DNA of 64,000 nt from Octopus vulgaris (GCA_951406725.2 OX597831.1:57164001-57228000); one strand, 5' to 3'. Positions 28,743-42,466 are shown, counted from the stretch's first letter. Numbers and translations: made by a program. Notes: generated by a model not told the origin, from the letters alone.

Positions 28743-29210
28743 GTGATGGTGGTTGTGGCGGTGATGGGGGTACCGGTGGAATGGTGATGGGCTGGTAGAG
28801 TGATCGAGTGATCGTGGTTGTGGTAGTCATAGTGGAGATCGATACGATCGATGACATATTTCAAGGTGGTTCCCAGACATTTGCCACAGTCATATGATTA
28901 AAACCAGTGAACGAATAAAATGCTACTCGTGTGTACAAGTACATAAATAGACTTTTGCGTTTCTGTGTGCCGAGGAGTCATATAAAAGTCACACAATTTT
29001 GAGCAATATGTGGCTAATTTAATTTATCCGAGTACAGTCTTGCCACAATTTGGTCTCATTCATCGAAATATACACAAAGAAAAATTAAATAAATAAATAT
29101 GCCAAGCAGCTTTATTTAGCCTCCACTACACGCCTGAACGTTTGTCTGATTTTAGAAATCTATAATTGTCACAAAGAAAATACAATAGATGAATTATCTT
29201 TCACCGTTCA

Positions 29211-29590
29211 CCTTTTACTCGTTTCAGTCATTGGACATTGTTAATGTTGGGAAACCACCTTGAAAGGTTTGGTAGAACAAAAATCGATGCCGGTACTTAT
29301 TTTTAAGCCCGTTATTTATATCGTTTTCTTCCGCTGAACCACAGTTACGGTACATAAACAAAGCAACACCGGATGTCAAGTGGCGTGTGGGGGACAAACA
29401 CCACACACAAACACACACACACACATACACACATGCACAGGCGCGCGTAAACACCGACTTCTGCACAGTCTCCGTCTCCCAAGGCATTGCTCGACACAAC
29501 GTATAGTAGAACGCATTTGCCCAAGGTGTCGCGCAGTGAGGCTGAACTCGGATCCACTCGAGCTTAACCACACAACGATGCCCGAGCGTA
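29211..29590 (-). mobile_element. SINE family B, older diverged copy
   Basis: Collinear with the family consensus but with many substitutions. Confidence 0.8.
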
Positions 29591-29768
29591 TGTAAAGTAA
29601 ATCAAATCGATGCCGGTACTTATTTTTAGAGCCCGTTATTTATATCGTTTTCTTCCGCTGAACCACAGTTACGCCTACAATACATTGGTAATAAGCCTTT
29701 TCCTTGGTTAAACATAGATGACGAGAATAAGAGAGTGTTGCATGGACAAATATTTCTTCAAAATATCT

Positions 29769-29984
29769 TACTCTCTTTTACTCTTTACTCTTTTACTTGT
29801 TTCAGTCGTTTGACTGCGGCCATGCTGGAGCACCGCCTTTAATCGAGCAACTCGACCCCGGAACTTATTCTATTGTCCCGAGGCTATAGTAGAAGACACT
29901 TGCCCAAGGTGCCACACAGTGGGACTGAACCCGGAACCATGTGGTTGGTAGACAGGCTACTTACCACACAGCCACTCCTGCGCC
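29769..29984 (-). mobile_element. SINE family B, internally deleted
   Basis: Head and tail are joined at ~29875. Confidence 0.88.
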
Positions 29985-30354
29985 TATATTGTCTGGGAAT
30001 GTACATATAATTGTAGGTGTATGGTCAATGCTGACCGGTGGTGGCCCTACTGTAAACATTGCCCGAATTCGAAACACTCAGCTCGGCCTCTTCGCAGTCA
30101 GACATTTAACAGAGATAAACCACAGCATCGTAATTTGATTGTCATCAGTTTGAAAAAGTAATAGATTTATCGATCTCACTTTCTATTCAACACAATTACT
30201 ATCAAATTGTAACAATTTCATTATTTATCGATTTTGAGTGAAATATCTTCTATGAAGACTTTAGCATTCAATATATTTATATGTATATCGATTTTCATCA
30301 ATATAAATCTATATCGATGAACTTCGTGATCGAAGAATGAGGCGATGTCAAGTC

Positions 30355-30389
<35 letters not shown>

Positions 30390-30407
30390 TGTATATATGT
30401 ATGTATG

Positions 30408-30441
<34 letters not shown>

Positions 30442-30463
30442 TGTATGTATGTATGTATGTACG

Positions 30464-30501
<38 letters not shown>

Positions 30502-32036
30502 TATGTATGTATACACACACGTTTATACATTGATATATATACATACATATACATATATATATACTAATGCTTGTTTTATGTTCAGTTGTAATACAAACAA
30601 TTTTACATTAGTCTGGTGGGTTACTCTATACTTTTGTATAGTACAAATTTATTATTCTTATACAAGAACGTTGGTAACTGTGACTTCGAAGCTTCTGCCA
30701 GCCGAGCAATTGAAATCGCTGTCAACAACATTCTTGTATAAGAATAATAAATATATATACATATATGTACATACGTTTTTATATTGATACATACATTCAT
30801 ACGTACGTATACACGCTAGCATATATATATATGCTTGACCTTCGAAACGTGGAGTAGATGAAATTAAGGCGACTGAAGAAGGGGAATTTTCCTTGTTTTG
30901 TATGTCCTGTACTCTATTTTTTCGTTGTTTTAAAAAAATGTCCATTTCCTTGGTTTTGTGTTTATGTTTTCGTTTCTCATTGTGTTCAACGTTTTTGGGG
31001 TGTCCTGACCCATATATGCATGTATATATACATGTAGAGGTAGGTAGTACATATATGTATGTATATATGCATATGTTTTATTTATTTTATATATATATAT
31101 ATTCGTAAGTATGTAAATACTTAATGTATGTATGTATGTATGTATGTATGTATGTATGTATGTATGTATGTATGTATGTATGTATGCATGCATGTATGTA
31201 TGTATGTATGTATGTATGTATGTATGTATGTATGTACATTATGGCCAACTATATAATGAATTCGCTTCGCAATCATACATCGCCTGTTGCTTCAGTAATT
31301 TCAAAATCTACTGGTTTGGTATAGCTTGAAATTTGTGCCGTTGCGTTATGAAAATATTCTTGCAAGGGTTAAAACCATTTAACGATCGCAAAGGTAAGAA
31401 TATGCAACCGCTGCACTGTCAATTATGACCAGGCTATATCTTAAACATGAGAAAAGAGACATTTGTGTACTCCCATACATAGAAACATTTACTTCAAGCA
31501 TTGAAGCATATTCCTTAAAGAGTGAACTTTGACCTGCAGACTGGTTGAACCTACAGCCCGATATATGGCGTGATTATAAACTTCACACACAAAGGAAATC
31601 AATATTCAAGCTTAATGATCTCTGCTAATCGGTGAAGTGCAGTTATCCCCGTTCCGCTTTGCATGTTCTAATGTATACTATTTAACACAGGAGTCAGCAA
31701 GAAACCAGAACAGAGAATCAACTTAAAATTTAAGCTAAATATTGAATTTTACTATCAAATCCAGTTGTCTCTCTCTAATGAAATATGTTCGATTTCAGTT
31801 GTGAATTTCAACTCTTTACGTATTTTTTTACGTATTGCGGCATGTGTTATCCACTCAGTGGAACAGTGAGGTCTTGATTTAAAGCATATTTTTTTTAAAA
31901 TATAGTTCAGCATTACTTTTGGACAGATCAAGATTCGTCGATCTTTATTAACGACAAAAGCTCTCTGTCTCTATTTCTCTGTCTTCCTGTCTGCTTGTCT
32001 GTCTGCCTGTCTCTCTCACACACACATACACACGAC

Positions 32037-32152
<116 letters not shown>

Positions 32153-32170
32153 TACATGAGAGATATACCT

Positions 32171-32221
<51 letters not shown>

Positions 32222-32272
32222 AAGGGCAGAGATCACGTGCTTTCGTGTGGAAATTTGTGTGTTTTTTTTTTT

Positions 32273-32310
32273 ACTGCATATTCCTAATTTCGAAATTAGG
32301 AATATGCAGT
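32273..32310. repeat. Perfect 38 bp palindrome followed by the 3' half of a hammerhead
   Basis: actgcatattcctaatttcgaaattaggaatatgcagt equals its own reverse complement; it is followed by cttc GAAAC AUAU GUC gaga. Confidence 0.9.
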
Positions 32311-32379
32311 CTTCGAAACATATGTCGAGAATAAAGGAATTTTGTTAAATCGTCGTTCAACTCCATTCTTTCATTTATT

Positions 32380-32454
<75 letters not shown>

Positions 32455-32477
32455 TTGATAGATAAATATATTATATA

Positions 32478-32680
32478 TGTGACCGCGTGTGTATCGTTGG
32501 CGATTTTCTTTCTCCGTCTTCCCTTCCTTGGACCTTTCCTTTTTCTATGTTTCTGACGATGAGCTCCGCTCGAAACGTTAAAGATCCTCCTTCTTTCTTT
32601 CTTTTTCCTGAGCGTCCAATAACACTATACTTGTTCCACGTCCTCGCGTTGTTGTGTTTTCTCTTTGTTCATGTTTGGAT

Positions 32681-32685
<5 letters not shown>
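32478..32685 (+). mobile_element. Short PLE-like element with a minimal hammerhead (32549-32583)
   Basis: GUUU CUGACGA U GAGC UCC GCUC GAAA CG UU AAAG; ends ttggattaacta into (TA)n; same family as 48745. Confidence 0.78.
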
Positions 32686-32759
<74 letters not shown>

Positions 32760-33541
32760 TGACTAAAACATGTAAACAATAACGATAGACAGTATGTATG
32801 AGCCGAGGTTACTAGTGCCTCATTCAACACTATTACATTTAAGGAGAAGTGGGTGTGGTGTATGTGGTAGATCACACCAACAGTTCTTCCCATAGCGTGA
32901 TGCATCCAATTTAAAGAAAGAGAGAAGAGAGGGGGATGAGAGAGGCTGGGAAAGAGAGATATTCGATGTGTCAAAAGATTTTGGTTATTATTTCTAACAA
33001 TAGAAACATCGTAGAGGATCGGTTCTCGTTGGCAATTATTTCATTGTGATAAATAAGTTTGAAATTAAAAACCAAGTAAAATCTGCCATGAAAATTAAAT
33101 AAAGAAAATGAGGAAAAAATAATTTTAATTAACGTCCGAAATATTAAGTTTCGGAAAAAAAAACCGAAAATTTTAATGTGTCTAATGCAAATACAAATTT
33201 GCATGATAAATATTCAATCAACAAACGACTGTTTATATTGAAGCCACTATTTTAATCAATTAATGTTTTATCGATAATAATGTCAATATTCTGCCATGTT
33301 TTAGAAAACTAATGATGGAACCGTGTGACTTATAAATGAAACCTTTGCGATAATTAGTTACATTAGCCTCTTTACGTTCTGAGTTCAAATCCCGCCCAGA
33401 TTGACGTTACCTTTCATCCGCCGGTGCCGATAAAATAAGTAAATACTAATTAAGTGCTGAAATCGATTTCATCAATCACATATAAAGTGAACGGGAAAGT
33501 ATGCTATTGGAAATTTCTAATTGTGAATTCTAATATTTGTA

Positions 33542-33737
33542 GGCGCAGGTGTGGCTGTGTGGTAAGAAGTTTGCTTCCCATCCACATGGTTCCAATTTCA
33601 GTCCCACTGCATGGCACCTTGGGTATGCGTCTTCTTCTATAGCCTCGGGCTAAGCAAATCCTTGTGAGTAGGTTTGGTAGACGGAAACTGAAAGAATCCC
33701 GTCGTATATATATATTTATGTATGTATGTGTGTGTGC

Positions 33738-33792
<55 letters not shown>

Positions 33793-34026
33793 CATATGTG
33801 AGCGTGTATGTGTGTGTGTGATTCTTTGAGTCTGTATTTGTCCTTCACCACTGCTTGACAATCGGTGATGCTTTCTTTATGTCCCCATAACTTAGCGGTT
33901 CGGCAAAAGCGACCGATAGTATAGATACCAAGTTTAAAAAGACTAATGGGGTCGATTCGTTCGATTAAAAATTTTTCAAGGTGGTGCCCAAGCAGGGCCA
34001 CAGTCAAATGACTGAAACAAATAAAA
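33542..34026 (+). mobile_element. SINE family B
   Basis: Head ggcgcaggtgtggctgtgtggtaag through tail gactgaaacaa. Confidence 0.88.
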
Positions 34027-35941
34027 AACAATTTCAAACTTAGATCTTACATATCACAATGAAATACTTGCCAACGATGAACCGATCCTCTACGGTGTCT
34101 CTACTGTTAGAAATAGTAACCAAACTTCTGGGCACATCGAATGTGTAATAGTTGGTGTTGGGTATAGTCGAAAGAAATTGACCGGAAATAATTTTTTTTT
34201 TTATTATTTATTTTTTCAATCCCGGTGGGGAGAAAGGTGATTGTAACCCTGGCGGAATCTGTATGCAGTATGTAAACGTAAAGGGACCTAACTGAATCCT
34301 GCAGAAGCATTTAGTCGGATGTTCCACCTATTCTGTGTGTTCGCTGCTTGAACATTCGCTAACAAATAATTTTCATGAATTTGTGTAACGAATTTGGCAG
34401 AGTAGGATCAAGCGTCAGATGAAGTGCTCTCTGCAAGTTGAGTGCAAATCCTGCCCAGGAAATTTACTTGTCATCGTTCTGTTGTCAGTAAATATTGAAC
34501 CAGTGATGTACAGAGATCAGTTATTAAATTTCGGAATCGGCTACGTTGCACTGGGAGAAGCGTCGTGAGGTACCACTCACACCGATCGATCCTATTTCCA
34601 AAAATGGGAAAGGGTTTACTGAGTGGCTGACAAATAGGAAAACAATTATACAAATAGACCGTCCAAGCATGGATGGGAATGTAATACAGAATCTAAAAGA
34701 AATAAGCAAAAACATTTCGTGTTCTTACATTGAGTTATGTAATTATACAGATTGTAAAAAATTACGGATTATATAATATAATTACAATAGATTAAAATTG
34801 ACAGAATATTTTACCAACAAATTTTTCAGATTTTAGTTTTTATTATTGAAACTAGGTTTCGAGAAAGAAACATAGAGACAAACGGCGCCGCGTGGAAATA
34901 GAGAATATTTGAATATAGCTTGAATATCTAAATTGATTATTGTTATTTTATTATTTCCTATCCAATTACCCTATTTTTCAATAGAAGCAATCACATTGTT
35001 TTGAAATCTTTCGCAGTATTAGAATTTTCTTTACTGGTAAGATTTTTTGTAGTTTTTACCTGTCACTTTTTTCTTTGTTTCCACTATTTTCGTTACAATT
35101 CTCTCTCTCTCTCTTTCTCTTTTTCTTTCTCTCTCTCTCTCTCTCATTATGTAACCGCTAACTATATTTATAGACTTTCTGATAGTTCTTCGATTGATAT
35201 ATTTGTTTTTCGTCCACTCTCTAGGAGAGTGTCAAGTATCATGACAAATAAGCCCATGAGCTACTTTTAACTTACTCTTCAATGCATTTCATTTAGCTTT
35301 CATATCACAAAAAAGAACCAGTAAGACAATCAACACCTTGCAATTGCAATGTCTTGTTTGTATTCTAGTGTAAAATAAAATCAGTGGCTTTTACCCTACA
35401 AACCCTAAATACTGTTAAACTAAGACTAGAAATGTAACACGAGAGCATCCAAAGATTCAATCTTTAATGACACAACAACAATAATTGTTTCGTACATAAA
35501 AGCGGAGCAGAAATTTGGCGTAGAGATTCATCGATTAAATCGACCCCAAAAAGTATGGAAGGAAAAGTTAACCTCGTCAGAATTTGAACTCAAAACATAA
35601 AAGGGCGGAATAACTACGGTAAAGTTGCTCTTACCATTCTACCAATCAACGGCTCTTTATGCAATCTCTTCCCTTGGTGCAATTAGTAGAAATTTGGTGG
35701 AGGGGAACAGTGGACTATATTGTTCCCGTACTGGATCTGTGCTTTATTTTACCGATCTCTGAGGAACTTACACGCAAACTTCATCTCATCAGGATTTCAG
35801 CTCAACGTAAGAAGCGGGAATAAATATGGAAGGTCGACACTAATGATACGTCGTATTTAGATTGCATAATATGTTAAATACCATAAAATTTAAATTGCTC
35901 CTATTTTTCTTTGTAGTATATTACACACGCACATATGTATG

Positions 35942-36011
<70 letters not shown>

Positions 36012-36939
36012 TGTATGTATGTATGTATGTATGTATGTATGTATGTATATGTGTGTATGTATGTATTATGTATGTGTGTATGTATGTATTGTATATATTG
36101 CATGTATGTATGTATGTATGCATGAAAGACAATATTACTCATAAGTCACACCAGGAGCCGATTCCCAGTTGTATCTGCCGAGATCATCAAGCGCGCTCGC
36201 TTGATCAGATGTCTTTGATAAATTCAATTGTTTATGAACCCAAAGTTACAGCAGTGCTCCAAGACGACGTAATTGAGATGAAAATTTCGTCGGTTGATAG
36301 GAAGGCAATTTTAAAAACCGCTATGTAAACCACTAGTCTTCTTTCCTATACATTGACAGAGAGAAACCACTAAGTTGGCTAGCCATGTATGGAATCATAA
36401 TACCAGCTATACACTACATGCAATCAGATGGACAATCGTGGAGAAATCTACATCGTATATAAAAGAATAAAAGAGATGCAAGTCATGCGTAGCTGAAAGG
36501 TCCCGCATTTTTTAGGTCCAAGACATCTACCGCGCTACTTAATTTCAGATCAGAAACTTTTAGCAAATGCAAATATATGGACAGGTTTCTTTTGTCGAAC
36601 TAGATTGTACCACCCGCTCCGGAGTGAGTAGCTATCTCAGAGACTTTGACCTCTTCTCAACTATGTTATTTTGCACTAGATAGACTAATTATGATTTTTA
36701 CAAACGGGACGAAGATCTTGGTCTCCTTTTCTTTTATTTCTTCTCTTTACACTATTTGCATCAAATTCCTTCCCGTTTTCCTTCTCGTTTCTTTTATTTT
36801 CATGTGTTCTCATAGACCAACATCCTGGTTTTAAATACATCAAACGATGTGCACTGGACCTGAAAAATTGCCTTGGGATACATGGTATATTATATAAGTC
36901 TGCCTAATTATTGTATCTTTAAAACATGAAACTATATAT

Positions 36940-37045
36940 GCGACGGGATGCCTTCAGTTTCCGTGTCCCAAATCCACTCACAAGGCTTTGATCACTCGAA
37001 GCATAGCAAAAGATACTTGCCCAAGGTGCCACGCAGTGGGACTCA
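36940..37045 (-). mobile_element. SINE family B fragment (left of the PLE)
   Basis: cttcagtttccgt..ccactcacaaggcttt..gcccaaggtgccacgcagtgggact. Confidence 0.8.
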
Positions 37046-37816
37046 GGGGCAACACTCCAGTTGTGGACTCTGCGTTAAAAAAAAGCCCTCAAAATATTAA
37101 CCCACAACTCACTACAATTGCTTAATAAATACAACGCGGCCTTCACTACGTGTGAGCACAAATTCTACCGCACTTTTAAATTCTTTCATAAATCTAGAAG
37201 TAAGTTCAACCTCACCAACACGAATAGCACTCACCCTCTTTTCCTCTACCTCCTCATCCTCTCTCTTATCTTCTCGTTTACCCCGTGCACAATTCTTAGA
37301 CACCACACACCTTTGTCCTAAAGGCAATCCTTAAATCCCGCCCCCCATCACTCTATCTACCTCTCTTTCTATTTTTTTATTTGCTTGCCTTTTATCATTT
37401 AATAGCCACCTCCGCTACCATTCTCTTATTGAACGTTGATATGTTCGCGTCTTTTTTTCTCTGAATATCTACTTTATTAGGATTTTAACTTATAAGGATC
37501 TACACAGGATTGCACCTAAGGTGTTACGCTCATGGATCTATGCAGGACTGCCCCTAAGGACTCACGCTCTTGTCCCTGCAACTTCGGAAAGTTGAACTAT
37601 GAACTTTTATGCTTCTATCTCTCCACCTCCTTATTCTTTTACTCCCTTCCTCTGTGTCGTCATCTCATTAATATATACCATTCTCCTTTTCCTTATTTTT
37701 CTATTTATTGTCTCTGATGACGGAATATCCCATATTCGGGGATATCCCAGAAATAGCTAAGACTTTGAATTCTTTCCTATAATAATATTGTATACGACTT
37801 GAGATGCTTGCCTTGC
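37046..37816 (+). mobile_element. Penelope-like retroelement 3' end (GIY-YIG C-terminal remnant + pLTR with hammerhead)
   Basis: CGLCVKKALKILTHNSLQLLNKYNAAFTTCEHK matches the CxLC..E..I....LLNK......CxHK end of PLE ORFs. A pyrimidine-rich UTR and a hammerhead at 37710-37763 follow. Confidence 0.75.
37710..37763 (+). ncRNA. Minimal type-I hammerhead ribozyme
   Basis: GUCU CUGAUGA C GGAAUAUCCC-loop-GGGAUAUCCC A GAAA UAGC UA^AGAC; stem I GUCU/AGAC, stem II 9 of 10 pairs. Confidence 0.7.
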
Positions 37817-37944
37817 CACTCACAAGGCTTTGGTCGGCCCGAGGCTATAGTAGAAGACACTTGCCCAAGGTGCCACCCAGTGACACTGAACCCGGAACCA
37901 TGCGGTTGGTGAGCAAGCTATTACCACACAACCACTACTGCGCC
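37817..37944 (-). mobile_element. SINE family B 5' part (right of the PLE)
   Basis: Reverse complement of the head and CORE-like segment. Confidence 0.85.
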
Positions 37945-38677
37945 TATATAGAGCATTATTATCAATAACAGCTTATCAAATTAGTACTTAAAATATGTCA
38001 CCAACACGTTCATTGTTGAGGCGAATTAGCTGAATCGTTAGAGCTCCGGGCCAAAGCCTTGTACCATTTAATTCTTCTCTTCATTGAATAAATACTTTAG
38101 AAAGTGTTTACAAGGAAAATAACTTTACACAAATTCCCGGGACTATAAGTGGTTTCGTTGTGAACTTCTTAACTGCCTGACCTTTCATTTTCTTATTGAG
38201 ATTTCTGTAAATGGGATTCCATGTTCATTCAGGTGTCCATTAGTATAAACTTTTCACCTGGTTGAAATCATGCATGCATGAATTAAGCTCAAGCTTAAGA
38301 ATGTATATTGGGAACATCTGCTATCATACAATATACATAAATCAAAACGCTTAGCATATTTCTTTTATGATATTAAACATTAAAAATACAAAGCTAGTTT
38401 CGGTATTTATTCTGATATTCTGATATCCTGATATATATGCTAATGACACAGGCTTACTGGATTATTAAAAATTACAAGAAATTGTTGATGTTGTAAAAGA
38501 ACGAAGTGACAACCAAATTCTCACAAAATATGATTCTAAAAAACAAAAGACAGAGTCAAAGGTTATTTGTAAGACAAAACAAAAGGGGTCAAATATAAAG
38601 GGTGTGAAACACTCAAAGTGTTTAGCACGAATAATATAATCAAGAATGTCATTGTGAAGCCGTGAAAGAATACATAT

Positions 38678-39100
38678 GGCGCAGGTGTGGCTGTGTGGCA
38701 AGGAGATTGCTTTCCAATTATATGGTTCTAGGTTCAACCCCACTACTTGCGTGGCACCTGGCGCAAGTGTCTTTTGTGATAGTCTCGGGACCGACCAAAG
38801 CCTTGTGAGTGGATTTTGTAGACGGAAACTGAAAAAAAACCTGTCTCATATATATATATATTTATTTATCTATTTATGTGTGTGTGTTTGTGTCTTTGTG
38901 TTTGTATCCACCACGGCTTGACGACTGGTGTTGGTGTGTTTACTTTCCCGTAGCGTAGCGGTTCGGCAAAAGAGACCGATAAAATAAGCACCAAACTTTA
39001 AAAAAATATAGAAGTAGTGGGGTCGATTCATTCGACCAAAATCCTTCAAGGCGGTGCCCCAACATGGCCGTAGTTAATGACTGAAACAGATTAACGATAA
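38678..39100 (+). mobile_element. SINE family B
   Basis: Collinear with the family consensus. Confidence 0.88.
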
Positions 39101-39477
39101 AAAATATAGCTAAAACAACATTCATAAGGATGAAACAGATCTTTGCCTCCCAAGGTCATAACTCTACATCTAAAATTGAGGTTAGTGATCTGTTGTATTA
39201 TTCCAATTATGCTCTATGAAGCAGAAACTTGAACATAATACCGTTGTGGATAAAAAGATATGTCTTTGAGATGTGGAACTTTTGTAGACTGGGCAGGATA
39301 AGCTGGAAAGACAGGGTAATATATATTGCAATACTAGATACCTGTTGTCGAGAATCAAGTCCACAAAGCTATTATATTTTGGACACGGAATATATCACGA
39401 ATCACCGCCCAAGACCCCCGACAGGAAGTGCGGAGGGTAAAAGAGCAAGAGACCGTGGAAGACGTTTGTGAACTCTC

Positions 39478-39863
39478 TCTCTTTTACTCTTTTACTCTTT
39501 TACTTGTTTCAGTCATTTGACTGCGGCCATGCTGAAGCACCACCTTTAGTCGAGCAAATCGACCCCGGGACTTATTCTTTGTAAGCCCAGTACTATTCTA
39601 TCGGTCACTTTTGCCGAACCGCTAAGTGACGGGGACGTAAACACACCAGCATCGGTTGTCAAACACACACACACATACACACATATATATATATATATAC
39701 ATATATACGACGGGCTTCTTTCAGTTTCCGTATTCACTCACAAGGCTTTGGTCGGCCCGAGGCTATAGTAGAAGACACTTGCCCAAGATGCCAGGCAGTG
39801 GGACTGAACCCGGAACCATGTGGTTGGTAAGCAAGCTACTTACCACACAGCCACTCCTGCGCC
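39478..39863 (-). mobile_element. SINE family B, young
   Basis: Near-identical to 27849-28260. Confidence 0.92.
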
Positions 39864-40269
39864 TAACTGCGGACATCAAAGAAAGACCTGGGAACAGGAA
39901 CCTGTATGCATGCAGCCCTACACATTGTACTCAGCGTACGAAGTCAGTAGCAGTGAATCAGTGCAAAGGGACCGGAGTGGAGGTCGATGTGTGCATATAT
40001 GGCTGAGTGATGTGTGTATGTATGTGTGTGTGTGTGAGGGGTTCACCTTACTCTCGTGGGTGTTCGTGTCATGGTAGAACACAAGTATGCATGCAATGCT
40101 ACTGTTTATATTTGTGCATTGGTGAGTACTTGATATCCACGTAATGTTCTGTATATACACAGGGATCTCAAAGATAAATAAACGCATCATTTTTGAAAGA
40201 ATTATTTCTAGAAGTAAAATAATGTCATTTTATGCACTTAAATACTTAATCAAATATTTAATTGACGTA

Positions 40270-40715
40270 TTGGTTTCAAATTTTGGCACAGGGCCAGCAA
40301 TTTTGGGTGAGGGAGTAAGTCGATTACATCGACTCCAGTGCTCAACAGCTACCTATTTTATCGACCTCGTAACGATGAAAGGCAAAGTCGACATTGGCGG
40401 GATATGAACTCAGAAATTAAAGACGGACGAAATTCCCTCTATTCATTTTGCTCGGCGTGCTAAGGATTATGCGAGCTAGTCCATTTCTTTGAGTATGATA
40501 TATAGATTTCAAGCTTTGGTACAAGACCAGCAATTTTGGGGGAGAGTGCAAGTCGAATACATCGATACCAGTGCTCAACTGTTATTTTATCGACACCGAA
40601 AGGACGAAAAACAAAGTAAACCGCGGTGGAATTTAACCTCAGAACTTAAAGACGGACGAAATACCTCTAAGCATTTTGCCCCGGCGTGCTAACGATTCTG
40701 TAAGCCTGCCACCTT
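40270..40715 (-). mobile_element. Two tandem SINE family A copies (40270-40480 and 40505-40715)
   Basis: Both show tttcaa..tttgg.aca.g.ccagcaattttgg...gaactcaga...gacgaaat...cggcgtgctaa. Confidence 0.82.
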
Positions 40716-40738
40716 TTCTTTGTGTATAATATATTAAC

Positions 40739-40996
40739 GTGGAGGCGCGTGGCTTAGTGTTTAGGGTGTCGGCATCATGATCGTAAGATTGTGGTTTCGA
40801 TTCCTGGACCGAGTGACGCGTTATGTCCTTGAGCAAAACACTTCCTTTCACGTTGCTCCAGTCCACTCACCTGACAAAAATGAGTAACGCTGCGATGGAC
40901 TGGCGTCCCGTCCAGCTGGAGAACACATGGAAACCGGGAAACTGGGCCCATGAGCCTGGCTAGGCTTTAAAAGGGTGCATTTCTTTTTTATTTATT
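40739..40996 (+). mobile_element. SINE family D, full-length
   Basis: Exact 14 bp TSD tataatatattaac (40725-40738 / 40997-41010). Confidence 0.93.
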
Positions 40997-41143
40997 TATA
41001 ATATATTAACATGCTTAAAGCATAAGGAACTATCCTCACAGATAAAACGGTATCGTCAAGGGTGTTTATTTACTTCCGATATGTCAGTGTGTATGTATGT
41101 ATAGTTTCGAAAACTTTTCCCTTGTTAAAATATATTTGGTACA

Positions 41144-41185
<42 letters not shown>

Positions 41186-41411
41186 TTATTGTATACCATT
41201 TTGAGTTGATGTTTGAATGTATTTCTATTTATGTCTAAAGTACATTAATACGTATACGCATCCACGCATATGCATTTGTGTGTATGTGTAAGTATGAGTG
41301 TACATACATACATACATACATACATACATACATGCATGCATGCATGCATGCATACATACATACATACATACATACATACATACATACATACATACATACA
41401 TACATACATAC

Positions 41412-41442
<31 letters not shown>

Positions 41443-41699
41443 CATGTCTGGGGCTATAAAATTCTGCTAGACCTTCTTAAGATTTAAAGGATGATGAACA
41501 AAAAAGATACTTTCTTTGCTACCAACTAGGTGGCCGCTCAAAAGTTACTCTAAATTAAAAAGAGAAAGAGAAAAACACACATTCATACAAACATAGAGCC
41601 TTGGATCTGGGTTAGAAAGTGGCCCTTCCTCTATTGGCAAGAAATCTTGAAATAAAAATGAATGACTGTATTATCACATTAAACACAAAAAGTGACTGT

Positions 41700-42225
41700 A
41701 TTATCACTGATAGAATACAAAGGCATATTCCAAGGGGACAGCCTCTTTGTGATGTTGTTTATACTTTCTGGAAAACTCTTGTCATTTATGTTAAGGAAGT
41801 CTGAAAGATATCTCACTGGTTCACAAGGAAACAGAAATACCAAAATTACACAGTCTCTTTGTGGATGACTTGGGACTTTATGTAAACAATATTCACGAGA
41901 TGAAAAAGAGCCTTGTCTTAGTTACACTATTCTCAAAGGATGTAGGGTTTGAGTTTGGTCAGGATAAATGTTATATGGTTGTGAAAAGGGGGAAAACTAT
42001 AACCTAGACTAGCGACATCTCCATCAATGATTTGACTGTTTCCCCGATATATGACGAATAATGTTACAGGTATCTAGGGGTGGATAAAAATATATCTTAC
42101 AATGGCACCTGTAACAAAACACCTGTCACTAAAGAATATTACAGCCGGAATAAAGAAAATTTAGACCTCAGAACAATCTGCATTCAATAAAACAGTGACC
42201 CACAATGTCTTTGCAGTGTCAGTAC
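41700..42225 (+). mobile_element. Degraded reverse-transcriptase fragment of an R4/Dong-type LINE
   Basis: Frameshifted RT motifs GIFQGDS, LFVDDL, GFEFGQDKC and YRYLGV. Confidence 0.8.
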
Positions 42226-42414
42226 ATGTATATATATATATATATATACTGTTGTGTCGGGAAATTTTACCGGTGAGTGTGTTACATTATAAGGCACGAA
42301 AAGAAAATGACTCTCCCCAGACACAACAGAATATGCTTCAACACACGAACTCATATAAAGAATCTTGCAAACCAAATCCCAAAACGAATTATATATATAT
42401 ATATGCACATATAT

Positions 42415-42466
<52 letters not shown>

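Noticed and set aside
30839-30885. Possible type-II permuted hammerhead (ccttcGAAAC..GUA...CUGAAGAagggg)
   Set aside because: Stem I cannot be formed; at most a decayed remnant.
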